From assembly GCA_965240325.2 (NCBI GenBank), contig OZ251235.1, forward strand, positions 62,001-126,000: DNA of 64,000 nt. Reading direction: 5' to 3'. The notes under the pieces are model-generated. The model was given only the letters and a program-made list of their open reading frames with translations. It was not told the DNA's origin and did no database searches. This DNA comes from Rebecca billardiae RCC1528. Its lineage: Eukaryota; Protista; Haptophyta. Position numbers and translations under genes: made by a program. Positions 11,605 through 21,726 of the stretch are shown in pieces (within the stretch, counting starts at the first letter, position 1; the number at the start of each line of letters is the position of its first letter).

Positions 11605-12883
11605 ATGGCGCACGCCACTCGCGTCCGCACTGCCTCGGCCATGCGCCTCTCGGACGGCACGACGGCCAAATCGCTCGCGTTCGTCGCGGGCCGCATCGGC
11701 GGGGGCGTGTCGCCACCCGCCCACGAGCCACCGCTGCTCCTCGTCACCCACGGCGCGGGGTACAACGCCGGCACGTGGCTGAGCGCCCTCCACGCCCTGC
11801 ACGGCGCGCTGCCCGGCTGCGTCGCGGACGTGATGGCGTTCGACTTCACAGGGCACGGGCTGAGCCGCGCGCTGCCGGGCTCGGGGTACAGCGCATCGCG
11901 CTTCGACTGGGACCGCGTGCTGCCCCACGACGTGCGCGAGGCGCTGCAGCAGGCGGGCGCTTCGAAGCGTGACGTGTACGGAGTCGGCCACTCGATGGGC
12001 GCCACTGGGCTCGTCCTCGCCGAGCTCGCGCGCCCGGGCACGTTCCGGGGGCTGCTACTGCTCGAGCCCATCATCAGGCCGCACGCGCCGCCGGGCGAGC
12101 ACCCGCTCGTCCGCCGCACGCTGCGCCGGCGCGCGCGCTTCGAAGCGGGCTCACACGCCGAGGTCGCCGAATCGTTTGCAAGCCGAGCGATGCGCGCGTG
12201 GGAGCGGCGCGCGGTGGACGCGTACGTGCAGCGCGGCGTGCGCGCGCGTGGGGGTCGTGAGGGTGGCTTCGAGCTGACGTGCGAGCCCGAGGTCGAGGCG
12301 TCGGCGTACATGGGCGGCATGGCGTGCCAAGTCTTTGATCGGCTCGGCAACGTCCGCTGCCCGGTGGTTGTCGCAGCGGGCGCGCATTCCCTCACCCTCG
12401 CGGTGCCGCTAGCGGGGGACGAGGGCGCGCCGCCGGCGAGGAGCAACCTGGAGGGATACGCGGCGGTGGCAGGCGCGTTTGGCGCCCTTGCCCAGCCGCT
12501 TGTCGTCGCGCAGCACCTCGGGCACTCGATCCCAAGTGTGCGCTCGCGCGCCGAGCGCCTGCCTCCACCCGGCATGTGCTGCTGCGTGTGGTGCGCGCCA
12601 TGGCGCCCATCCTGCGCAGTGCGCGTGCCGCCCCGCTTCTCACATTGCACGCCGCGCGCGCACTCGCGGCTGCGCCACGGCGGCGGGCGATGCCACTCCC
12701 CCTGTGTTGCACGCTGCGCGCCGGGCACCAGTGGAGGACCCGGCATGGACGGCCGAGCTTGTGGCGTGGGCGCTGCACACACTGGGCATGGACACCGGCC
12801 GGACACCCTTGGCGGCCGGGAGCGATAGTGGGGGCAGCATCATTGGTTCTGCAGCGTCACGGCAGCCGTTGTCGAAGCTGTAG
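11605..12883 (+). CDS. Alpha/beta hydrolase (Abhydrolase_6-like) (exons 11605-12535, 12732-12883)
   Basis: HGAG oxyanion motif, FDFTGHG and GHSMG nucleophile elbow. Splicing intron 12536-12731 restores the catalytic-His motif GHSIPMEDP. Confidence 0.9.
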
Positions 12884-12896
12884 CTAGTAGACGCGA

Positions 12897-12898
<2 letters not shown>

Positions 12899-12952
<54 letters not shown>

Positions 12953-13000
12953 GAGAGAGAGAGATGAGAGAGATGAGAGAGAGAGAGAGAGAGAGAGAGA
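12899..13000. repeat. (GA)n microsatellite
   Basis: About 100 bp of near-perfect AG repeats. Confidence 0.98.
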
Positions 13001-13350
13001 TTATTATTTTTTGCGGACGCGGAGCGGCGGAGCAGCCGGAGCACGTACGTGACGTGGCGCCGCGCCCGCCCCCCCCGGCTTTCGCGGCACGCTCAGACCT
13101 TTCGGGGCAGGGGCGTGCGCCATCATATCATCTAACATCAGTAGTAGCAGGACAGTACTACTAATCGTAGGCTTCTAAGTAGCAGTGTCAGACACGCAGG
13201 TGCCAACTGCCCAAGCTGGGCCGCCATACATACAGACGGCCAGCCGGCCAGGCGCGTCGGGCCCTCGCACGCGACACGCGAGTGCGGAGTGTTCGACCTC
13301 GCGCTGGTCTATCCGTGGTGCGGGGAGGGGGGCTCGCAGCGCGGCAGCGC

Positions 13351-14415
13351 TCAGCCGTCCGTCGTCGAAGGGACCACCTTGACGTCGATGACATCCGGAC
13401 TCGAGGACTTTGCGGCCGCTGCCTCGTCGTACGAGATGCCCAGCCGCATGCCGACCGTGGTCGCGATGGCGGTGGCGACGTTAACGCCGATGGAGAGCGC
13501 GGCCGCGGGGCTCAGCCGAGGCCCGGCCGCGCCGTTGATGGCGCCGCTCACCGTCATGCTCGCGCAGAACACGGCCAGCGTGCGCGCGGCCCGGTTCAGG
13601 CGCAGGTACGTCGCGCTGCTCAGCCGCTTGGGGCCGACCCGCGCGGCGCCGCGCAGGGCGAGCAGCGCGGCCCCAGCGACTGTCTGCATCGCCGCCGCGC
13701 CCGCGACAGCGGGCACGCCGACGAAGGGCTGCACGAGGCCACACCACAATCCCGCCGCCGCGCACGCCCCGTACGTGACGACGAGTGCGTCGTTGGCATC
13801 GGCCGGCGCGAGTGGCACCAGCAGGCTCGGCTTGGGCCAGCCGTAATTCCGAAGCGCGCGCACGGACGGCACGCTCAGCACCACGCGCGAGAGGATCGCC
13901 GGGAGCACGGAGGCGTGGCGCCGCAGCATGGTGAGCGATAGTGCGTCCGCGGTGAACCCCGCGAGAAGCCCGAGGTTCAGCAGCTGGAACGTGCTCGCGC
14001 CGAGCCGGCCGCGGCTGGCGGCGCTCATGAGGATCGCGCACACTCGCGATGCGAACCACCAGCGCGCGAGCATGAAGCCCCACGCCGGGGTCGGCAGGGT
14101 GAGCATCTGCAAGGCGCAGCCAAAGGCAATGCCACCGCAGGCCAGCTCCAGCTGCCGGAATGTGCGCATGTCCATGAGCTCTGCCTTGGTGTTCTGCTGC
14201 ACCTGGTAGCCCTCGGCGGGAGGGTTGGATGCCGAGCAGCGCGCCGGGGCGGCTGGGCGCCGCCGGGAGGTGCGCACGAGCGATGGTGGCGGCAGTCCAG
14301 GCCGCGCACGTCCAAGCCCCCCCCGGCTCAGTGGGCGGCCCGAAGACAGCGCGATGCCGTGCGCCGTCGCGCACATCGCGAGGAGAGCGATGCCGACGGC
14401 GCGCGAGGCCGGCAT
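13351..14415 (-). CDS. Uncharacterised multi-pass membrane protein, probably plastid-targeted
   Basis: Signal peptide (AVGIALLAMCATAHG) followed by an R/S/P-rich transit-like segment and several TM helices. Internal repeat: AASRGRLGASTFQLLN / AARVGPKRLSSATYLRLN. Confidence 0.7.
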   Translation of the reverse strand: MPASRAVGIALLAMCATAHGIALSSGRPLSRGGLGRARPGLPPPSLVRTSRRRPAAPARCSASNPPAEGYQVQQNTKAELMDMRTFRQLELACGGIAFGCALQMLTLPTPAWGFMLARWWFASRVCAILMSAASRGRLGASTFQLLNLGLLAGFTADALSLTMLRRHASVLPAILSRVVLSVPSVRALRNYGWPKPSLLVPLAPADANDALVVTYGACAAAGLWCGLVQPFVGVPAVAGAAAMQTVAGAALLALRGAARVGPKRLSSATYLRLNRAARTLAVFCASMTVSGAINGAAGPRLSPAAALSIGVNVATAIATTVGMRLGISYDEAAAAKSSSPDVIDVKVVPSTTDG

Positions 14416-14590
14416 CGCTGATCGCAGACTAGCTACGACTGTAGCTGCGCGCGCGCGTGCTACCGCGGTGGCATTTTGAGCTTCGCTCAATTTGGCCCAG
14501 CACGTTCCGGGCATCTCGATCAACAGCCGGACGTCAAAAAGCGATCACCAATCGAAGCCGGCGAGCCGGGCGACAGTGGCAATTGGTGCG

Positions 14591-16098
14591 ATGGCCGCCC
14601 CGGCGCGGAGGCAAGCAGAGGCAGTGCTTGACAGCGAGAGCAGCGACGATGACCTCGACGATGACGAGGGGGCGGCGGAGGGCAAACCCTGGAAGCGCCT
14701 CTCGGCGGTGGACGTGTGTGGTTCGCTTGCCTTCGGCGTCATCGTCCTGATCGTCGCGTGCGTGCTGATCGGGTGGAACGAAGCTCGTGCGATCCGCATG
14801 TCGTTGGTGATCGAGGCGAGCGTGGAGTCGGTGGTCGAGGTGAGCTGCGACACCGTCGATCCCAGGTACGATGGCATGCTCGTTCACCTCTCGTGCGCCG
14901 TCTCGGGCCTGCGCGACTTCGGCGTGCTCGACACGCAGGTCAGCGCGATCTTTGTGGAGACACACGCGCTCATGTGGCAGTGGGTCGAGCTGACGGGCGC
15001 GGGTTCGGCGACGTCGGGGCGCGCGCCGCGCCGGCAAGCGGCGTTGAAAGGTGCGGCCGCCACTCGCCGCCCACGCGTCGCGCAACCCGCCCCGCGTCGC
15101 CGCCAACACGGCGTGCGCCCGCACGCTTGCCCCTCAACCGCAACGCGCGCATGCATGCCCCGACAGACCAAGGCGCCCCGCTCGCGAAGGAGTGGGTGGC
15201 GGAGCCGGTCGACTCGCGCGCGTTCGAGCGCGCGGCCGAGGTGGACCCACACAACCCGCCCGCCTCGGCGTGGCCTGTCCGCTCGGGCACCGCGTGGGTC
15301 CCGGAGGTGCGTGCGGGCGCGTACGCGCTGCCAATGTCAATCGTGAGACAGCGCGTCAAGGCGTCGCGTGGCGTCGACCTGGCGGCCCTCGGCGTGGCGG
15401 GCGGCGGCGCGGTGATCGGCGGGCCCGAGCTCTCGAGCGTTCAGCCGCCGTCAAACCTCACGCTCGAGAGCACGGCGCTCGTCGACCGGTACACCCTGCG
15501 CACGTACGAGCAGCGTTCGGCGGGCGGCGCGCCGATCGGCGCGATGCGGGTCGGCTTCCGCCGCTCGGCGGCCACGACACTCAGCGTGCTCGGCAGGCAG
15601 AGGGGCGCGAGCATCGAGCGGTGGGAGTACGCGGGGTTCGAGGTGCTCGAGCTGGCGGAGGGCGAGGTCAGCGCCGGCCAGATGTTCGACCGCCTCATGA
15701 CGTACAGCCGGTGGGAGCCCTGGTTCTGGCGGTGCGCGTGCGTCGCGCTCGCATGGATCGGCCTCGAGTTCCTGCTGTATCCCCTCACCCGGCTGGCGCG
15801 CTCGGCGCCCGCGCTGGAGTACGCGGTTGGGAAGGTGCTCAACTGCGGGATCAGCGCGGTCGGTCTCGTCCTCGCGCTCGCGTGGTGCTGCCTCATCGCC
15901 GCCCTCGCGTGGATCTACGAGCGGCCGACCGTTGGCATCACGCTGTTCGTGCTCACCCTGCTTGGCCTCTGCACCGCGGTCGCCGTTCGCGGCCTGCTCT
16001 CGCCGGGCCTCCCCGCGGGTGTCCCCGAGCCCCTGAGCTACGAGGAGCGAAGCAGGCGGCACCGCGCGGTGCACTTTGCGCCGTCCGAACTCGCGTGA
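14591..16098 (+). CDS. TMEM43 family membrane protein (exons 14591-15050, 15167-16098)
   Basis: TM followed by WNEAR, then DGMLVHLS, LMWQWVE, PIGAMRVGF, SAGQMF and three C-terminal TMs ending AWIYERP. Intron 15051-15166 has an AAG|GTGCGG donor. Confidence 0.85.
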
Positions 16099-16330
16099 TC
16101 GCTGCCTCCCATACGCATGGGACCCTCAATTCGCCGTCGCAGCTCGGCCTCGGGTTCATCAGGCAGTTTAGTGGAGTTGGACGACTCCTTCTCCCGCCAT
16201 CATCTATCGTTGTCGAGCGTTTATTATTTGGACTTCTATTCTATTCGTTCGTCATCAGCGAGGATCCGGGATGTCCGCGCGGAGCGCGTTCGGCGTTGTC
16301 GCCATCGGGGTGAGAGACTGATGACGCGCG

Positions 16331-16334
<4 letters not shown>

Positions 16335-16379
<45 letters not shown>
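16335..16379. repeat. (TA)n microsatellite
   Basis: Directly visible. Confidence 0.98.
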
Positions 16380-16380
<1 letters not shown>

Positions 16381-17148
16381 CGGCATCATGTAGTCATATT
16401 AATAACAGTCAGGCACGACGAGTATGTACTAGCAGTAAGCTATCTATTATCTAACTATCTAACCGCCGAGACAGCGCGAGACTTGCAGACAGCACGACGG
16501 CGGTGCTGCAATATGAATATGATATGTGATATAATAATCATCGCTGCGGCATTGTTGTTCACGAGTCATCAGTGATGTGACACGCACTCGCACGCGGTTT
16601 GCAGTCTGACGCATCGTCACAGACGTACAGCAGCAGTGCCAGTCGTTACTCACGTTAGGCGCCCGACCAGACTCACCATTAAGCTACCAACCGGCAACCG
16701 CAGTGCGGGCAGTGGGCGTAGCTTGGCGCGCAGGCCTAGACTGCTGCGTGTAGTTACATATATATTACTAGACACGAGTCAGTAGCTACTCATCAGAATT
16801 ATTATAATAAGTTACGAGTCGTGATACGACGACTCATCCGTCATCGCGAGTTCGGAGCAATATGCGCCAGCAGGGAGTGAGGGACGCATGCAACGGGCAT
16901 TACTAATATTTACTATATTGCGCATCATGGTCCACGCCGGCACGCGCGACGCGGGACAGACGCTGCCATGTGTCACCTCACCAGCAGTGTGCTGAACTTG
17001 TCACTGTGAAGTTGGACGACGAGGCGGATCGCGCTCAGCCTCATCAGGCCTCTTGTACAATCGGCTCTTGTACAATCAGCGGCTGCGTCAGGCTGCGTCG
17101 CCGTCAGCGGTTCATCAACATGGTAGTTTGATAACTGACGGTTACTAC

Positions 17149-17200
17149 TACCGTTTACTAATAAGAATAAGGGACGCACACAGCTCAGGCAGGCAAGATT
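17149..17200 (+). repeat. Dispersed repeat (probable transposon terminus), copy 1 of 3
   Basis: The motif agaataag(a/g)gacgcaca..cagctcaggcaggc also occurs at 17597-17638 and 34718-34765. Two copies are preceded by TA-C(A/C)GTTTACT. Confidence 0.7.
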
Positions 17201-17458
17201 CACGCCCGCCAACTGTCACCGCCCATGAAGCCGTCGCCGATGGTAGCGCCGTCGGAAAATTCATTCAGCCGTCCGCCTGCGAGGCCTGGATGAGGCCTGA
17301 GGGCTGCGGCCGCCTTGCGGCGCGCCAGCGCCCGTCGTCCTCGCCCCACCGTCGTCCACAAAACGTCGTCGTCCGAACTCTCCGAACGTATCATCAGTTC
17401 ATCACCGCGCCGCTGCCTGTGGTGCCAGCAAGGGGTCTTTCTGTACAAATAACCCACG

Positions 17459-17596
17459 TACAGTTTATTATTTGTTTTAACGTGCGTATGGCTCACGGTG
17501 GCAGGTTGCCGCGCCATCCTTCAGCGCACGCCCTCCGAAGAGAGACCAGTAGCTACTGTTTAACCAAGTGTGCACGTTAAAACATAGTAAACTGTA
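17459..17596. mobile_element. MITE (about 134 bp) with about 25-bp imperfect TIRs and TA flanks (Tc1/mariner-like)
   Basis: Left end reads TA-CAGTTTATTATTTGTTTTAACGTGC. The reverse complement of the right end reads TA-CAGTTTACTATGTTTTAACGTGC. A similar terminus occurs again at 39518-39541. Confidence 0.7.
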
Positions 17597-18712
17597 TAAT
17601 AAGAATAAGAGACGCACACAGCTCAGGCAGGCGAGATTACAGGGGGGTCCAGATGGTGGGCCCCACTTTTAGGCGGTGGCTGGCCAGGTAGTGCGGCACG
17701 TCCGTGCCTCTGGACGGGCATTGAGCGGTGGCGAGGTCGCCAAATGGCGTGGCGTGGTCCCAGGCTAGGTTGTTACTAGTCCTGATCAGCTTGCTAGCCA
17801 TGCCGGTCGTTGATCACCCTGCCGTTGACAGGCACGCACACGCCAAATGTATTCGCCACGGCAGCCGTGTCGGACGGCGGTCGCACGACTACCGCGCAGC
17901 CAACATTGCTCGTCAGATCCACGGCTTGTAGGGTCAGATGGACAATCGCCAGGCATGCACCGTCGCAATGCATGCCCCAGAGGGCAGTATGACCATCAGA
18001 ACGGTGATCCTGGCCGCTACCTGCCCATCCTTCTCATGCGCAACCTCACCGGCGCGCCGGTCGTACGGGGTCGTGGACGTGGACGTGAGAGTGGTCGAAA
18101 AGTCGGAAGGGAAGCTGTCACTCACGCGCACGCGCTCGTACGGCGACGCCGACCTGCCTACGCCACGCCCCAGTGACCGGGCCGTGGCGCTGGGGCCTTA
18201 GATCGCGTTGGGACCGTGGGACGCATAAGCACCTGCCGCTTTGCTTTTCTCCCCAGCGGAACCGCGAGCCGAGCGAAGGGACGACCAGTCGTCCGCTGCG
18301 CTGCGCTGGCAACCCGGCAGCCGTTCGCGGACGCGAGTCTCCCGCTCGAGAAAAAAGGCCGGATTAAAAAAGCGCACGCGTCTGAACTGGTAGTTGTTTG
18401 GAGATGGCGACTGGTCGTCCCTTCGGTCGGCTCGCCACAAGGTGCACACCGCCCTCGCGCCGGCGACGCTCACGCGCGAGGGGAGTGCGCGCGGGGCTAG
18501 CGCGGGGCGGGGGGCGGGGCTACTCGACCCCGGCGACGCCTCCAACCCGCTCGTGGCGCGCGCCCGCCCCCCGCCGCCGCTCGCCAAGCCGCCAAACTTA
18601 GGCTCCAACAGGGGCCAAAAAGCGGCAGGTGCTTGCTTCCCTTCCGAAGTGGGAAACTTCATCTGGCCCCCCTGTAGCTCACCAGGGCCACCGTGACAAT
18701 GGCGGGGTCAGC

Positions 18713-20140
18713 ATGGCGTCGGCCCGCTACGGCCGGCTGATGATGGAGGAGGACTCGCCACCAGCGGGGGCACGCGTCTGCGCGTGCACGTCGCTCATCG
18801 CGGCCGCGTGCGCTGCAGTGGGCATACTCGCACTTCTGCTCACCCGCGAGCGCCACCTCAGCGCGCCACCCTGCCCGCTGCCAACGGTGCTCTGGTCAAG
18901 GGGGCTGATGCGCGCGTGCTGTGATGTGGCGCCGGCGCGGATCAGGCGCGACGGTATCCACGAGCGGGGTGCCGACGTGGACTGGTCGACAGTGCACATT
19001 GGCGACACATCAATCGTCTACGTGCCCAGCCTCGACATGCGCGACTTCCTCCCGCGCTTCCACGCGCTCCCTCTCTCGGCGCGCATCACGGTCGTCACCG
19101 GGCAGGAGGATGTGGGCGTGCCACGTGAGCTGTTCGGGCAGGGCTGGCGCGCGGAGTTCGTCGATGACGCGCCCGAAGGCAGCCTCGACGAGTTCCTCGC
19201 CGACCGCCGGCTGCTGCACTGGTTCGTGCAGAATTACGACCTGGTCGGCTGCACGCCCTATTCGGGCTGCTCGGCCGCGCGCGCTCGCTCGCCCGACCCG
19301 TCGCGCGAGCTGGCCGCGCGCAAGGTGAGCCCGCTGCCGATCGGGCTGGACCTGCATACGAGGGCCGAGGTGCTCAACCGCTCAACCGCGTGCGCGCAGC
19401 AGGCCGAGTTCGACGAGATCCGCACCGCGCTGCCGCCATTCGCGGAGCGAGCCGACGCTGTGCTCGCACCCTTTGGCTGCCGGTGGCACGGCCGCGAGCG
19501 CGCCTGCGAGGAGCTCGGCGCGGCGGGCAGCACCGTGCGCTTCTTCTCGGGCAGTCGGACGAGAATGTGGCGCGAAATCGGCCACTTCGCGTTCGTCGCC
19601 GCCCCGCTCGGCCACGGGCAGGACACGCACCGCCTGTGGGAGACGCTCGCGCTCGGGTCGGCGCCCGTCGTGCTCAGCTCCTCCCTGGACGCGCTGTACA
19701 TGCAGTTTCCGGTCGTGATCCTGCGCTCGTGGGCAGAGGTGAATGGGAGCGCGGTGCGAGGGTGGCGCGAGCGGCTGGAGGCGCGGTTCGGCCGCGAGCC
19801 CTTCGACGCGCGGTTGCGGCACAAGCTCACCTCGAGCTACTGGGCCGGCTTGATCCGAGGCACGCACGAGGCACTCCTCGGCGCCGATGCTGCGGCGCAG
19901 ACGCCACGCCCAGTGACGCCACGCGCGCAACTGCACGGGGATCAGCGGGATGGAGCGTCCGATCGGGCACGCGAGTCCCGGCTGAACGCGCTCAGCAAGA
20001 CCGCGCAACTGTCTGCAATGCGGGCGGCGCGCCAGAGGCTGAGGGCGAAGCAAGCTGGCCCAGGCGCGCGGGCGCTCAGCAGCATCGGTGCTCACGCCGC
20101 GACGCCGCCTGTCAGCTCACGCATCACGGCGGCTCAATGA
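18713..20140 (+). CDS. Type II membrane exostosin/GT47-like putative glycosyltransferase
   Basis: N-terminal TM anchor, then HWFVQN, PLPIGL and FVAAPLGHGQDTHRLWETLALGSAPVV, which matches the exostosin-like C-terminal motif. Confidence 0.7.
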   Translation: MASARYGRLMMEEDSPPAGARVCACTSLIAAACAAVGILALLLTRERHLSAPPCPLPTVLWSRGLMRACCDVAPARIRRDGIHERGADVDWSTVHIGDTSIVYVPSLDMRDFLPRFHALPLSARITVVTGQEDVGVPRELFGQGWRAEFVDDAPEGSLDEFLADRRLLHWFVQNYDLVGCTPYSGCSAARARSPDPSRELAARKVSPLPIGLDLHTRAEVLNRSTACAQQAEFDEIRTALPPFAERADAVLAPFGCRWHGRERACEELGAAGSTVRFFSGSRTRMWREIGHFAFVAAPLGHGQDTHRLWETLALGSAPVVLSSSLDALYMQFPVVILRSWAEVNGSAVRGWRERLEARFGREPFDARLRHKLTSSYWAGLIRGTHEALLGADAAAQTPRPVTPRAQLHGDQRDGASDRARESRLNALSKTAQLSAMRAARQRLRAKQAGPGARALSSIGAHAATPPVSSRITAAQ

Positions 20141-20910
20141 TTATATGGCCTGGCAGGCTGGCAGTGCAGCAGCAGCCGCTGGCCGAGCTACTGTCTGACT
20201 CAGACTGCCTGACGGCACGGGGGCTCCGGCGGGCAGCAGTGCCTCGGTGCTGGGGGCAGCCGGGGCACTGGTAGTGGTACTGCCACAGCTAGGTAGTGGC
20301 CACCGTATTACCGTTACGTACTACTTATATTACTGATACTCCGATTACTCGCTCGGTCCAAACGGAATGGCGGACGAACGACTGTCGACTGGGTCAGTCC
20401 GAGAGTGAGTGCCGAGTCGGTCAAGAAAGACTCAGAGAATCCGCTGCTAATAAACCGTCCGGCCTACTGCCTGTGACTGATCAGCTCGGATGCCGATGCG
20501 GCCGACCCCGGTCCGGCGGCCGGGCGGCGGGGCCGCCGGTCCGCGTGATCGATCGGTTTATTAGTCGTGCCCCGAGTGCCAGTCGTGCCGCCGCGGAGCT
20601 CGAAATACTGACGAAGGAGTCGGCGCGCGGGTGTGACACTGACAGCAGGGCTGACTGAGCTAGCCCAGCTTCCACTATACCATAACGGCCAACGGGGTTA
20701 TTAACGGCCCGGAGGCGGACTGATTGAGTGATAGTGATGATAGGCAGATAGTCATACTCATAGTGAGTCGGATCCGACCGTCGCGGATCCGCGGCTCCGT
20801 CATTGGCGCTTGCCCGCAGCGAAGCCGGCGTGGCGGCTTGACTACGATAGACCTCCAGAGCGACAGAACCACGCGCGGACGCGCACGTTTCAGTCGGTGG
20901 TGATGGGGCC

Positions 20911-21339
20911 TCAGCGCGATGGCGTCTCCGCCGTGTTTGCATTGCCGTCAGCCCCTGGCGCCAATTGCCGCTTCCGCGCCCACTCATGCCGAAACTCGCC
21001 CTTCGAGTCGAAGAGCACCTGGTTCATACGCTGCTCGCGCTCGGCTCGGTCCTCCTTGTTGCCGTAGCCGTGCTTCATGCCCGAGGACGCCGCTTTGGCG
21101 CGGGCCCACGTCGGTGTCTCCATCAGCTCTTCCTTGGTCATCTCCGTCTTTCCGCCGATGATTGCAAAGACGATGGCTGCCGGCACGATCATCAGGCCGG
21201 TGTAGATCAGGACAGGTCGGGAGCGGAACAATGCCTGACGCAGCGGCAGCGATGGAGGGCCGGTGTCGGCACCGGCCGCAGCCGGCTTGGGCCGAGCTGT
21301 CGAAGGAGGTCGACGATTCGTGCGAAGTCGCGGGTCCAT
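20911..21339 (-). CDS. Small single-pass membrane protein of unknown function
   Basis: Protein-like composition, unlike the shadow ORFs. One TM (VLIYTGLMIVPAAIVFAIIGG) and a charged C-terminus. Confidence 0.6.
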   Translation of the reverse strand: MDPRLRTNRRPPSTARPKPAAAGADTGPPSLPLRQALFRSRPVLIYTGLMIVPAAIVFAIIGGKTEMTKEELMETPTWARAKAASSGMKHGYGNKEDRAEREQRMNQVLFDSKGEFRHEWARKRQLAPGADGNANTAETPSR

Positions 21340-21726
21340 CGTGATTCTGTGGATGGCAGATTTTATTTCTTGCGCTTGATGCAAGGAGGGTTATTTGTGA
21401 GCTGCTGATGAAACCGTCGTCTACGTACCGTCTTTTATTTTAGTCGCGACCGTAGTCGTTCCGCGTTCGTTTTGGTAACTGGCCCGGCCCGCCGTTGTAC
21501 TCTTGTCTGGTTCATATCAAGCAGCGTGAAACGGTACAGTATACCGTACCCCTAATGATGATAGCAGCCGAGATCAAGCGGCTGATGACGAGACACCATC
21601 AAGATTTCGGCTGCTTGGGCCTTGGCTCTTTGCAAAGCTGCTCCTTGGTGAGGGCGGCGGTGGCCACGCCAAGGGCCCCGGGGAGGGCCTGCGCGATCTC
21701 TGGCCGGCCGCGTCACGGCGCCCCCA

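Noticed and set aside
17005-17050. Hammerhead ribozyme core (CTGATGA on the minus strand)
   Set aside because: No GAAA box after a stem II.
17149-17638. Repeats as a CRISPR array
   Set aside because: Only two nearby copies about 440 bp apart, no regular spacers, no cas genes, and a eukaryotic context.
17700-18660. Short ORFs upstream of the exostosin-like gene
   Set aside because: No motifs and inconsistent frames, so they cannot be supported as genes.
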